From: Acidimicrobiia bacterium
GTDB lineage: Bacteria; Actinomycetota; Acidimicrobiia; Spongiisociales; Spongiisociaceae
NCBI GenBank assembly: GCA_041576165.1
Contig: JBFGLM010000002.1
Coordinates: 1-64,000, forward strand
Direction of reading: 5' to 3'
DNA: 64,000 nt
The notes beneath the pieces were generated by a model, which saw only the letters and a program-made list of their open reading frames with translations, was not told where the DNA came from and made no database searches. Position numbers and translations under genes: made by a program. Positions 1 to 8,776 of the stretch are shown piece after piece; position 1 is the stretch's first letter, and each line of letters starts with the position of its first letter.

Positions 1-199
1 ACGAGCGTGCCCCCGCCAACCGTGGGTGGCTCATCCCTGTCGTGTCCACCCAGCCACTCCGGAAACACCACCGGCACCCGCCGGCTACCTCAACGCGCCC
101 ACACCCGCCCAAACAGAAACCCCCTTGACATCCATACGAGCGGCAATATGGACGTGATCCCAGATATTGGGTTGCTACGTTCGGTGGTCTTCCCTTAGC

Positions 200-1830
200 T
201 CAGCCGCCAACCGCCCGGTCGAGGCCCGGTGACTGCCTTTCGGCTGCGTCCCGTTCGGTTCGGCGCTCGGCGATCCAGGCGACACGGGCGGCGACCTCGC
301 TGCTCGGTGGGGGTGGGCCGAGCGGATCACGGGCGTCCGTGGGCGTCGACCGGGCGTGGTCAATGGCAGCGGCCTGCGCCGAGCGCCGGTTGAGGGCGGC
401 CGTGAGGTGGTCGAGAGCATCGTGGCTGTCGGCGTGGGTGAGGTGGGCGCACGATTCCTCATCCGGCACGGCGTCTGCGACATACTGGGTGTTGGCTTGT
501 TGGCCTCGACTCATCGCGACGTAGGTCCATTCCCGGTCGGTGGCCCCGTCGACGACCACGAAGGTACGACCGGTAGTGACACCCTGGGCTTTGTGGCCGG
601 TGAGGGCGTAGCCGTAGTCGACGTGCCCCTGGTTGAGATACCAGGCGGGCAGGTTCCTGGTTTCGGGGTCGCGGTCGAGGCGAACGGTGACGGTTCCGGT
701 GCGGGGGTGGACGGCGGTGACGGTGCCGAGGTCGCCGTTGAGCACCCCGAGCCGACTCTGGTTCCTACGGCAGAGGACCCGGTCCCCGGCCTGGTAGACC
801 TGGCCGCCGGCTTGGAGGGTGGGGCCGGTGAGCTGTCCTGAGTCGGCGACGTGGGTGCGGGCCTGGTGGTTGAGTTCGGCGACGGTGTCGTTGTCGTAGG
901 CGATGAGCAGCCCCGAAGTGACGTCACCCGTGAGTTAGACGTGCCGGTGCCAATCCGCCACGGCCCTGGCGATGGTGTCGTTTCTGGCTTGTCCGATGAA
1001 GAGCCTGCCCCGCTGCCGATACGCGTCGATCGCCTGATCGACGGATCCGTCTCGAAGCTCGGTGAGGGCGTCACGTTCCCATTGCTGGCGTTGACGGACG
1101 TTCGCAGTGAGTTCCGCGACAGGGAGTCGGTTGGCGAGCGCTCGGAACAGGCCGCCGGCACCGATCTCGGGCAACTGGCGATCGTCACCGATCAGGATCA
1201 GCTTCCCGGACGCCGCCTCGACGAGGTCAGCAACGGCCGCGAGTTGACGGGTGCCGACCATCCCCGCCTCGTCGACCACCACGATCGCACCGTGGGGAAG
1301 GCCGCCTCCGTCTCGGCTCTCCCCGATCAGCCGGGTCAGGGTCATCGACGGGATCCCGGTGGCGGCGTGGAAACCGGCGGCGGTCCTACCGGCGAGTGCC
1401 CCGCCGAGGATGGGGCTACCGGTGAGCACGGCGAGCTCCCCAACGATGTCCATGACAGCGGTCTTGCCGGTCCCTGCCGGGCCGATCCCGATGTCGATGG
1501 CGTTGCCCGAAGTGGCAAACCGTCGCACCATGGCGGCCTGTTCGTCGGTGAGGTGCGGGCGGCATCGCAGCCGGGCTTCGACCAGAACGCCCGGTGCGGT
1601 CCACCGTCCGGCACCGATGCCGGCAATCGCGTGTTCGATGATCCGCTGCTCAGTCCCCAACAGTTCGGTCGTGCTGTAGCGCCGTTCGTGACGGGCACCG
1701 GGGAAGAGACGCGCGTCCCGACGTCGCATCATCCCAGCATCCTCCTCGATGCCTCGGTCCCTCAACCGGTTGCGGGCAGCGTCGAGGACGACGTCGGAGT
1801 CATCCGCCACTCCGGTGGTGCCGGCAGGGT
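200..1830 (-). pseudogene. MobF/TrwC-type relaxase, RecD-like SF1 helicase half only (5'-truncated, internal nonsense codon)
   Basis: ORFs 935..1810 and 200..745 are in the same frame, separated by TAA at 937-935, and the reading continues LLIAYDNDTVAELN. Motifs: RYSTTELL, GPAGTGKT, VVVDEAGM, LIGDDRQL, YALTGHKAQG, YVAMSR. The N-terminal HUH relaxase domain is absent. The 5' junction position is approximate. Confidence 0.85.
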
Positions 1831-2776
1831 CGAGGCGACCCGTCTCAATCGCCGGTCCTCATCACGTGCACGCGATCAAAGCCTGCTCAACAGTCTCATC
1901 CTCCGCCTTCGGCGAACGAACGCTCGCCGGGGTCGAGCCGATGGACGTCCGCCGTTGGGTCGCCGACCTCGACAACGCGGCTACGCGCCGGCAACGATCA
2001 GCAAGGCATTCCAGATCGTGTCCCGCGCCTTTCGTGTCGCCGTCACCGACGGGATCATCACCCGTTCCCCGTGCCGGGAAGTCAAGCTCCCAAAGATCGA
2101 GACCCCGGAGCGGCGTTTCCTGTCGCCCGGCGAGGTCGAGGAACTCGCCGACACCATCGAAGCCCGCTACCGCGCTCTGGTGCTCACCGGCGCCTACACC
2201 GGTCTTCGCTTCGGAGAATTGGCGGCACTCCGCATCGACGACTTCGATCCGCTTCGGCGAACCTTGCGCGTTGATGAGCAGCTCTCGCGCCAGGGAACCG
2301 GCAGAATGGTCTCCAGCCCGCTCAAGACCCGCAAGGCGCGACGCACGATCGGCATCCCACAGTTTGTCGTCGACAAGCTCGTCACCCAGCTCTCCACGTA
2401 TCCCTCATCGTCCGACCTGATCTTCTCGATGCCCCGGGGAGGCCCCCTCGACTACAACCGGTTCCGCTCCCGCTATTGGAACCCGGCGGTGGACGCTTCG
2501 GTGAGTTCACCGTGCACACCCCACGACCTCCGCCACACCCACGTCGCGTTGCTTATCGCCCAAGGAGAGTCCCCGAAATACGTCGCCGATCGCCTCGGCC
2601 ACGAGAGCACCCGGACCTATTCGACGTCTACGGCCACCTCTACGACGGGGTCGACGAAGCCGCCACCGACCGTCTCGAACAGGCCAGAAACGTTTCACGC
2701 GGACCAGGCGCGGACCAAACGCGGACCAGAGGTCATCGAGCTCCCCACCAGCAAGCCGAAATCCCTTGCCACATAA
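1831..2776 (+). pseudogene. Tyrosine recombinase/integrase, 5'-truncated with about three frameshifts
   Basis: Catalytic motifs GLRFGE, LKT, HDLRH and LGH lie in the 851..2776 frame. FGERTLAGVEPMDVRRWVADL is in the 1749 frame and DVYGHL (catalytic Tyr) in the 2476 frame. Frame changes fall near 1903, 1976 and 2615. The gene ends beside the tRNA 3' end. Confidence 0.88.
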
Positions 2777-2789
2777 GGGTTTTCGGCCG

Positions 2790-2862
2790 TGGGCGTTGAC
2801 GGGCTCGAACCGCCGACCTCTTCCTTGTAAGGGAAGCGCTCTCCCAACTGAGCTAAACGCCC
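2790..2862 (-). tRNA. tRNA-Val (anticodon TAC), CCA not encoded
   Basis: Reverse complement folds as a cloverleaf: acceptor GGGCGTT/AACGCCC, D arm GCTC/GAGC, anticodon arm CTTCC-CTTACAA-GGAAG, T loop GTTCGAG, discriminator A. Confidence 0.97.
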
Positions 2863-2972
2863 GGGTTCGGCCAGATCGTACAGCGTTCCAGAAAGCTCGG
2901 AAAGAAGGAGCCGCCCGTTCGAGCGGCCCCAGGCGCCCGCCATAAGGGCGCCGGGCTCCAGAACCGCCTCCG

Positions 2973-2989
2973 AGACGGCTGAGCCGTCT
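2973..2989 (-). terminator. Short GC hairpin just after the CAP-SLH gene stop
   Basis: AGACGGCT-G-AGCCGTCT perfect inverted repeat. A second hairpin GGCGCCC/GGGCGCC lies at 2932-2952. No U-tract. Confidence 0.35.
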
Positions 2990-2995
2990 GTGGCC

Positions 2996-4036
2996 CTAGA
3001 GCCCGAGCGCCCGTACTAGAAACGCAGCCATCTGCTCCCGATTGACCGGTTCATTCGGGCAGAAGTATCCGGTGGTGCACCCGTTGGTGACCCCGGCGGC
3101 GGCGAGACGGTTGATGGCGTCGGCGAAGGTGTCACTTGATGGAACGTCCTTGAAACCTGCGTCGGGGGCGGCGGGAAGATTGAGCGCCCGCACGAGGAAA
3201 GCGGCCATTTGAGCCCGGGTGACCGGGTCGAACGGGCAGTAATAGCCGTTGCCGCAACCCTGAGTGATGCCCTCCCAGGCGATGGCGTTGATGTCGTCGA
3301 AGAACGTGGAGCTAGATGTCACGTCGCGGAACCCGAAATCGCCTCGCGCCGGCAAGTTGAGTGCCCGGTTGAGGAAAGCGGCCATTTGCTCCCGGTCGAC
3401 CAGCTGCTTGGGGCAGTAGTACGCGCCGCCGCATCCGTTGGTGACGCCGGCTGCGACCAGCGACTCGATGTATCCCTCGAACGTCGATCCATCGTCGTCG
3501 ACGAAGGTGCCGCTACTACTCGACCCACCAGGCGAGTAGCCGGTGGCGGCGAAGAAGACGTGGGTGGTCCACAGCCAGCCATTGCCGTCGATGTGAACTC
3601 CGGTGGCGCCGAAGCGGTACGTGCCATTGAGCAGGTTGTCGCGATGGCCGGTCGAGTTCATGAAGCCTTCGTGCATGGCATCGCAGTCGACGGTTGAGAT
3701 GTAGCCCACGTTCTCGCCCCAGGCGTGCCAGCTGTCGGGGAGAACTGCATCCATCTGCGAGTTGCTCGAGTGGTATAGGTCGCCGGTGGCAGCCATGTCG
3801 GCGGAATGTTCCCGGGTGTAGGGCGCCAGGTCCTCGGCCCACTGGAGAGTCGGAGCGCCGACCGCGGCTCGCTCGGCATTGATCTTGTCGAGGAAACATT
3901 GCTCGAGATCACTCTGAGCGTTGGCCTCGGTGGCGGTGATCATGAGAAACAAGACGGCCCCGCATACGATTGCAAGGGTTCCAAGGATCGCGCGACGGGC
4001 GTGACGAGGCCGAGCGAAAGCCAGAGCGGGGCTCAT
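2996..4036 (-). CDS. Secreted CAP (SCP-like) domain + S-layer homology (SLH) repeat protein
   Basis: Signal peptide ending ANA. CAP motifs INAERAA, HSADMA, GENVG, MNSTGHRDNLL. Three SLH-like repeats (REQMAAFLxRAL). Start chosen at ATG 4036 behind GGAGG. Confidence 0.88.
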   Translation of the reverse strand: MSPALAFARPRHARRAILGTLAIVCGAVLFLMITATEANAQSDLEQCFLDKINAERAAVGAPTLQWAEDLAPYTREHSADMAATGDLYHSSNSQMDAVLPDSWHAWGENVGYISTVDCDAMHEGFMNSTGHRDNLLNGTYRFGATGVHIDGNGWLWTTHVFFAATGYSPGGSSSSGTFVDDDGSTFEGYIESLVAAGVTNGCGGAYYCPKQLVDREQMAAFLNRALNLPARGDFGFRDVTSSSTFFDDINAIAWEGITQGCGNGYYCPFDPVTRAQMAAFLVRALNLPAAPDAGFKDVPSSDTFADAINRLAAAGVTNGCTTGYFCPNEPVNREQMAAFLVRALGL

Positions 4037-4273
4037 ACTGTTTGGTCCTCCCATTGCGCCGTAGGAGAATCGGGGGCGGCGCAATCTCTCTCAGAGTTGT
4101 CGAATCTAGACAGTCCTCGCCTCAGACCACAAACAGGTTTACGTCGTTTTGGATTTTCGCTCTGATTTTTCTCGCAAACTGCCCGATCGGGCCCGATTTC
4201 TGCCAGATACAGGGAGAATGGCCCCCGAGGCGGCCGCCTACAGCGCACCGGGAGGCTGGGTACCATCCCGTCC

Positions 4274-5353
4274 GTGACCGAGACGATTGGGCACATACTC
4301 AACGCCGTCGGCCGGCACGCTCCGTGGTTAAGGGCGGCGGCGTGGGACCCGGTCGGGCTTCAGTTGGGCGACCCGGCACGTCCGGCGCACAGGATCGCCG
4401 TTTGTCATGAGGTGACTGAATCACTAGTCACGCAGTTGAGTGGATTCGACCTGGTGATCAGTTACCACCCTCTGTTGTTTCGCCCGCTTCGCCGGCTGGT
4501 GGCCGGGACCGCTCCGGGCGGCCGGGCGCTGCGTCTCATAGAAGCGGGTACCGCAGTTGCCGCGATCCACACCAACTTCGACGCTGCTCCGGGCGGCACT
4601 GCGGATGCGCTGGCTGCCGAGTTGGGACTCGCGGATTGTCGGAGCTTTGGTCCGATAGAGGGCGAGGACACCGTCAAGGTCGCCGTGTTCGTGCCCGCCG
4701 CCGATGCGGACCGGCTGGCGGCTGCGATGGCCGCGGCGGGGGCAGGACATATCGGGAACTACTCCGGATGCAGCTTCCGTCTCGGCGGCACCGGTACATT
4801 CGTGGCAGAGGACGGGGCTCGCCCGGCGATTGGATCGGTCGGGCGTACCGAGCACGTCGCCGAAATGCGACTGGAAATGATCGCTCCCAAGGCCCGGGAA
4901 GCCGATGTGATTGCAGCGCTCGTGTCTGCCCACCCATACGAGGAACCTGCGTTCGACGTGTACGACGTTCGAGCCAACCTTGGCCTGATCGGCCGGGTTG
5001 GCACCGTCGAGCGCCAACCCATTCGTGCGTTTGCGGCGATGGTGCAGGCGCAGCTGGGCGGGGCCCAACGGGTGGCCGGAAACGGTGAGGTCGAACGGGT
5101 GGCGGTCGTCCCGGGTTCTGGGGCTGACTTCATCGAGCCGGCATTGGCGGCCGGGGCCGACACGCTGGTGACGGGAGACGTCAACCATCACCGAGCCCGG
5201 GCCGCCCTCGATGCTGATTTGCGCATCATCGACGCAGGTCATGTCCCAAGCGAACGGCCCGGGGTGCGGGCGCTGTACGCTGCGGTCAGCGATCTCACAA
5301 CGAACGTAGAGATGGTGGACGCGCCCGACACCGACCCATGGGAGCGGAGCTGA
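4274..5353 (+). CDS. Nif3-like dinuclear metal centre protein (DUF34) with inserted PII-like domain
   Basis: WDPVGLQLG, YHPLLF, HTNFD, AGAGHIGNYSGCSF, AHPYEEPAFD, VTGDVNHH, DAGHVPSE. Confidence 0.93.
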   Translation: MTETIGHILNAVGRHAPWLRAAAWDPVGLQLGDPARPAHRIAVCHEVTESLVTQLSGFDLVISYHPLLFRPLRRLVAGTAPGGRALRLIEAGTAVAAIHTNFDAAPGGTADALAAELGLADCRSFGPIEGEDTVKVAVFVPAADADRLAAAMAAAGAGHIGNYSGCSFRLGGTGTFVAEDGARPAIGSVGRTEHVAEMRLEMIAPKAREADVIAALVSAHPYEEPAFDVYDVRANLGLIGRVGTVERQPIRAFAAMVQAQLGGAQRVAGNGEVERVAVVPGSGADFIEPALAAGADTLVTGDVNHHRARAALDADLRIIDAGHVPSERPGVRALYAAVSDLTTNVEMVDAPDTDPWERS

Positions 5354-6064
5354 ATGGACGAGATTCCGACGCTGGCCGACCTGCTCGACCTACAGGAGGT
5401 CGACAGTGCGATCGACCAGCTGCTGGACGAGCGGCAGAGCCTGCCCGAGCTGGAACAGTACAAGGCGGCGCACAGCCTGTCCGAGGAACGAAGCCGCGAG
5501 CTGGAAACCTTGGAGGGCCGGCACCGGGAGCTGTCGCTCCAGGTAGACAAGACCGAGGGTGAGCTGGTCATTGCGGAGGAAAAGCTCGCCCAGCAGGAGA
5601 AGCGGCTGTTCGCCGGAGGCATGAGTGCCCGCGAGACCGATCACATGCGGATGGAGGTCGAAAGCCTGAGGGCGCAGAAAGCGCGTAAGGAGGACGAGAT
5701 CCTCGACCTGCTCGACATCCGCGAGTCGGTGGAAGCGTCGCTCGATGCGGCCAGATCCGCGTTGACGGAAGCGAAAACAGCCGAGCAGACCCTGGAGACC
5801 GCCATCGCCGAGGCGTGGCGCAAGATCGATGCCGAGGTGGCACGCCGCGAAGCGCGGAAGGCCGAGATCGTGCCGACGATCGATGAGGATCTACTCGATC
5901 TCTACACGAAGCTCCGTAACAGTCGGGGCGGCGTCGTCGTAGGCCGGCTCGACGGTCGCACCTGCGGCGCGTGTCACATGGAGCTTTCGGCGTCTGAACA
6001 CCATCAAGTCCTTCAGCAGCATCCTCCTCGCTGCATCCACTGTCCGGCGATCCTCGTTCCTTGA
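5354..6064 (+). CDS. Coiled-coil protein with C4 zinc ribbon (CT398/DUF164-like)
   Basis: LLDLQEVD start, long coiled coil, CGAC...CIHC. Usual neighbour of Nif3 in actinobacteria. Confidence 0.9.
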   Translation: MDEIPTLADLLDLQEVDSAIDQLLDERQSLPELEQYKAAHSLSEERSRELETLEGRHRELSLQVDKTEGELVIAEEKLAQQEKRLFAGGMSARETDHMRMEVESLRAQKARKEDEILDLLDIRESVEASLDAARSALTEAKTAEQTLETAIAEAWRKIDAEVARREARKAEIVPTIDEDLLDLYTKLRNSRGGVVVGRLDGRTCGACHMELSASEHHQVLQQHPPRCIHCPAILVP

Positions 6065-6068
6065 GTGA

Positions 6069-6593
6069 ATGCTGTTCTGGCACGTCGGTGGCACCGTCTG
6101 GATCTTTCGCTACGTCTTCAGAGACCCGGCCGTTGACCTCCGCGCCCTGGCGTTGGGCGCCATCTTCCCGGATCTGGTTGACAAGCCGCTGTCGCTGCTG
6201 ATCATGCCCGACCCTGCCACCACCCGCCTGTATGCCCATGCCCTCTCTTTCGCGATGGTGGGCCTGGCGGTGGCGGTCCTGGGCACGAACCGAGGCACCG
6301 CATGGCGGAAACGGTCAGTGGCGTTTGCGGTCGGACTCCTCGTACATCTGCTGCTCGACGCGATGTGGACGGCACCCGAAACCCTGTTCTGGCCGGTGTT
6401 CGGGTTCGAGTTCGCAGCATCGGGAGCACCGACGGTCGGGCAATGGCTGCTCGAGCCGTTCACAGATCCCGTTGCGGCTGTGCTGGAGACGCTCGGACTT
6501 GCCTACCTGGTCTACCTGTGGCACCGCGCCGGGCTGCGCGACCCAGAGCGGCGTCGGGGCCTGCTCCAAACCGGCCAGATCATCACGGAATGA
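6069..6593 (+). CDS. Membrane-bound metal-dependent hydrolase (YdjM-like)
   Basis: WH near N-terminus, GAIFPDLVDK, AHAL, HLLLD, LFWP motifs; hydrophobic. Confidence 0.82.
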   Translation: MLFWHVGGTVWIFRYVFRDPAVDLRALALGAIFPDLVDKPLSLLIMPDPATTRLYAHALSFAMVGLAVAVLGTNRGTAWRKRSVAFAVGLLVHLLLDAMWTAPETLFWPVFGFEFAASGAPTVGQWLLEPFTDPVAAVLETLGLAYLVYLWHRAGLRDPERRRGLLQTGQIITE

Positions 6594-6621
6594 ACGGCGT
6601 CGCCCGGGTAACGTGACGCCT

Positions 6622-7284
6622 ATGCGGCGCACCCCGCTCCTTCTGGGCATCGTCCTCATACTCGGAGGATGCAGTGGGGGAGCGGCCTCTGACACCACGG
6701 GTGAGGACTCGATCCTGAACCCGACTGCGACGGTCGAGTCCTTCTTCTCCCTCCTCGGCCAGTCCGAGTACGCCGGCACCGCCACCCTCGTCGACGAACG
6801 CCAACTTGCGGTACTGACCGCCATCGAGGGCGCCTCCGGCGCGGAGGTGGCGTCGATGTTGACCGCCGGCGTTCCCGACCAGGTCCGGGCTGACTTCTGG
6901 GAGGCGTTTGCCACGTCGCTGCCGGCCCTACTGGAGCAGACGGCCGGACAGGCGCAAGTGGGTGACCAAGAAGACCTGGGTGACGGATTCCGGGCACTCG
7001 AAGTCGCGTTCCCCGGCACGCCGGACGCCGCCACCTGGATCGTTCGCGACGTTGACGGTTCGTGGCTGATCGACCTCTTCGCCACGTTCGGGCCGGTGTT
7101 CGGTCCCAATCTGGCGAGCTGGTATGGAACTCTCGACCCCGGGGCTGATCGGGACGTGATCCGGGAGGTGGTGGTCGCCGGGCGGCCCAGCCTCGAAATG
7201 GGCCTCGAACACGAACCACTTGGTCCCCTCGGCGATGACGCAGTCAAGGGCGTCCTGGAGCTCCTGGCGGAGGTAGGGACCTGA
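6622..7284 (+). CDS. Hypothetical lipoprotein
   Basis: MRRTPLLLGIVLILGGC lipobox. ATG 6622 is in frame with ORF 6232..7284 and preceded by TAACGT-N7. Confidence 0.72.
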   Translation: MRRTPLLLGIVLILGGCSGGAASDTTGEDSILNPTATVESFFSLLGQSEYAGTATLVDERQLAVLTAIEGASGAEVASMLTAGVPDQVRADFWEAFATSLPALLEQTAGQAQVGDQEDLGDGFRALEVAFPGTPDAATWIVRDVDGSWLIDLFATFGPVFGPNLASWYGTLDPGADRDVIREVVVAGRPSLEMGLEHEPLGPLGDDAVKGVLELLAEVGT

Positions 7285-7372
7285 CCGACCCAGTCAGCGC
7301 CGAGCGGCCCTGCGCGCCTGCACGACCAGAGGCCGGTCTCAGTTGGAGCATCGGCGACCTAGGGTTCAGCCA

Positions 7373-8776
7373 ATGAAGACGCAACGACCAGGGACCGTTG
7401 GTGAGCTCCGGGCCAGTGGCTGGCAAGACCGGACTGTCAAAGATGAGCTCCGCTCAAACCTCGTGCAACGGCTCCGAGCCGGAGATCAGCTGTTCCCCGG
7501 CATAATCGGGTACGACGAGTCCGTGTTGCCGGCGCTCGAGCGGGCGATCCTGGCCGGACACGACATCGTTCTGTTGGGTGAGCGCGGCCAGGCCAAAACC
7601 CGTCTCATCCGCCGGCTGGTTGAATTGCTGGACGAAGCCATGCCCATCATTGCGGGGAGCGAGCTCAATGACTCGCCCTACGCACCCGTGTCGGCCTACG
7701 GCAAACATCTGATCGCTGAGCACGGGGACGCCACCCCTATCGAATGGATCGGACGCGAGCGCCGCTACGCCGAGAAACTGGCAACACCCGACACATCGGT
7801 AGCCGACCTGATCGGCGATGTCGATCCGATCAAGGTGGCCGAGGGCCGGTACCTGGCGGACGAACTGACGATCCACTTCGGCCTCGTGCCCCGCACCAAC
7901 CGGGGTATCTTCAGCATCAATGAGCTGCCCGACCTCCCAACCCGGATCCAGGTCTCACTTCTGAACGTGCTGGAGGAACGCGACATCCAGGTACGCGGCT
8001 ACACCCTCAATCTCCCGCTCGACGTGATGCTGATCGCCTCTGCCAATCCGGAGGACTACACGAACCGGGGCCGCATAATCACGCCGCTCAAGGACCGGTT
8101 CGGTTCGGAGATCCGCACCCACTACCCGACCTCTATCGGGCACGAGATCGACATCATGGGTCAGGAGGTGGCTCCGCCGCCGCCGGCTGTGCCCGTCCAG
8201 GTGCCCGAATTCATGCGGGAAATCATTGCCGAGTTCACCCATGCGGTTCGCACGTCGACCCACGTCAACCAGCGTTCGGGAGTCAGCGTCCGATTCTCGA
8301 TAGCCAATCTGGAAACGATGGTGGCGTCGGCGGTGCGGCGGGCGCTGCGCTGTGGGTCAGGCTCGGCGGTCCCGCGCATATCAGATCTCGGGGCTCTGGC
8401 GCAGTCCTCGACCGGCCGCATCGAGTTCGAGGTTTTCGAGGAGGGTCGCGAACGTGAGATCTTGCGACGGCTGCTGGCGGCGGCGGTGCTCGACGTGTTC
8501 CGCACCTATCTGGCCGGATTCGATTTCGGGTTCCTGCTCGAGCCGTTCGAGGAAGGCTTGCTCCTCGAAAGCGGGGATCTGGTTCCGGCCGAACGTCTGC
8601 TGTCTCAGATCGGTCACCCGCCGGAACTGACCCAACTGTTGGCCCGCGTGGGGATCTCGGAAGAGTCGCCCGAACACGCCGCCTCCGCTCTCGAGTTCGC
8701 CCTCGAGGGATTACATCTGACCCGGCGTCTCAACAAGACGGCAGGCGAGGGCGCCGCCATGTACGGGCTGGGATGA
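7373..8776 (+). CDS. Magnesium-chelatase ChlI-like AAA+ ATPase (Rv0958-like)
   Basis: LGERGQAKT Walker A variant, INELPDL, SANPEDYTNRGRIITPLKDRFG. Coupled to a VWA gene. Confidence 0.9.
   Translation: MKTQRPGTVGELRASGWQDRTVKDELRSNLVQRLRAGDQLFPGIIGYDESVLPALERAILAGHDIVLLGERGQAKTRLIRRLVELLDEAMPIIAGSELNDSPYAPVSAYGKHLIAEHGDATPIEWIGRERRYAEKLATPDTSVADLIGDVDPIKVAEGRYLADELTIHFGLVPRTNRGIFSINELPDLPTRIQVSLLNVLEERDIQVRGYTLNLPLDVMLIASANPEDYTNRGRIITPLKDRFGSEIRTHYPTSIGHEIDIMGQEVAPPPPAVPVQVPEFMREIIAEFTHAVRTSTHVNQRSGVSVRFSIANLETMVASAVRRALRCGSGSAVPRISDLGALAQSSTGRIEFEVFEEGREREILRRLLAAAVLDVFRTYLAGFDFGFLLEPFEEGLLLESGDLVPAERLLSQIGHPPELTQLLARVGISEESPEHAASALEFALEGLHLTRRLNKTAGEGAAMYGLG

Larger units (their letters stand above)
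1..2789. mobile_element. Remnant of an integrative mobilisable/conjugative element inserted at tRNA-Val 3' end
   Basis: Integrase abuts the 3' end of a tRNA and a relaxase-helicase remnant is adjacent. The left boundary (second att) is not visible in the window. Confidence 0.72.

Noticed and set aside
125-169. TTGACA and the CAATAT/ATATTG inverted repeat as a promoter or oriT
   Set aside because: No TANNNT at proper spacing, no plausible downstream gene on that strand, and the 6-bp arms are too weak.
851-2776. 641-aa ORF as a single intact integrase
   Set aside because: The first ~325 residues are the antisense shadow of the relaxase. The integrase part is frameshifted and its catalytic Tyr lies in another frame.
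4037-4273. c-di-AMP (ydaO) riboswitch upstream of the cell-surface gene
   Set aside because: The conserved ydaO segments are absent; only one simple hairpin is present.
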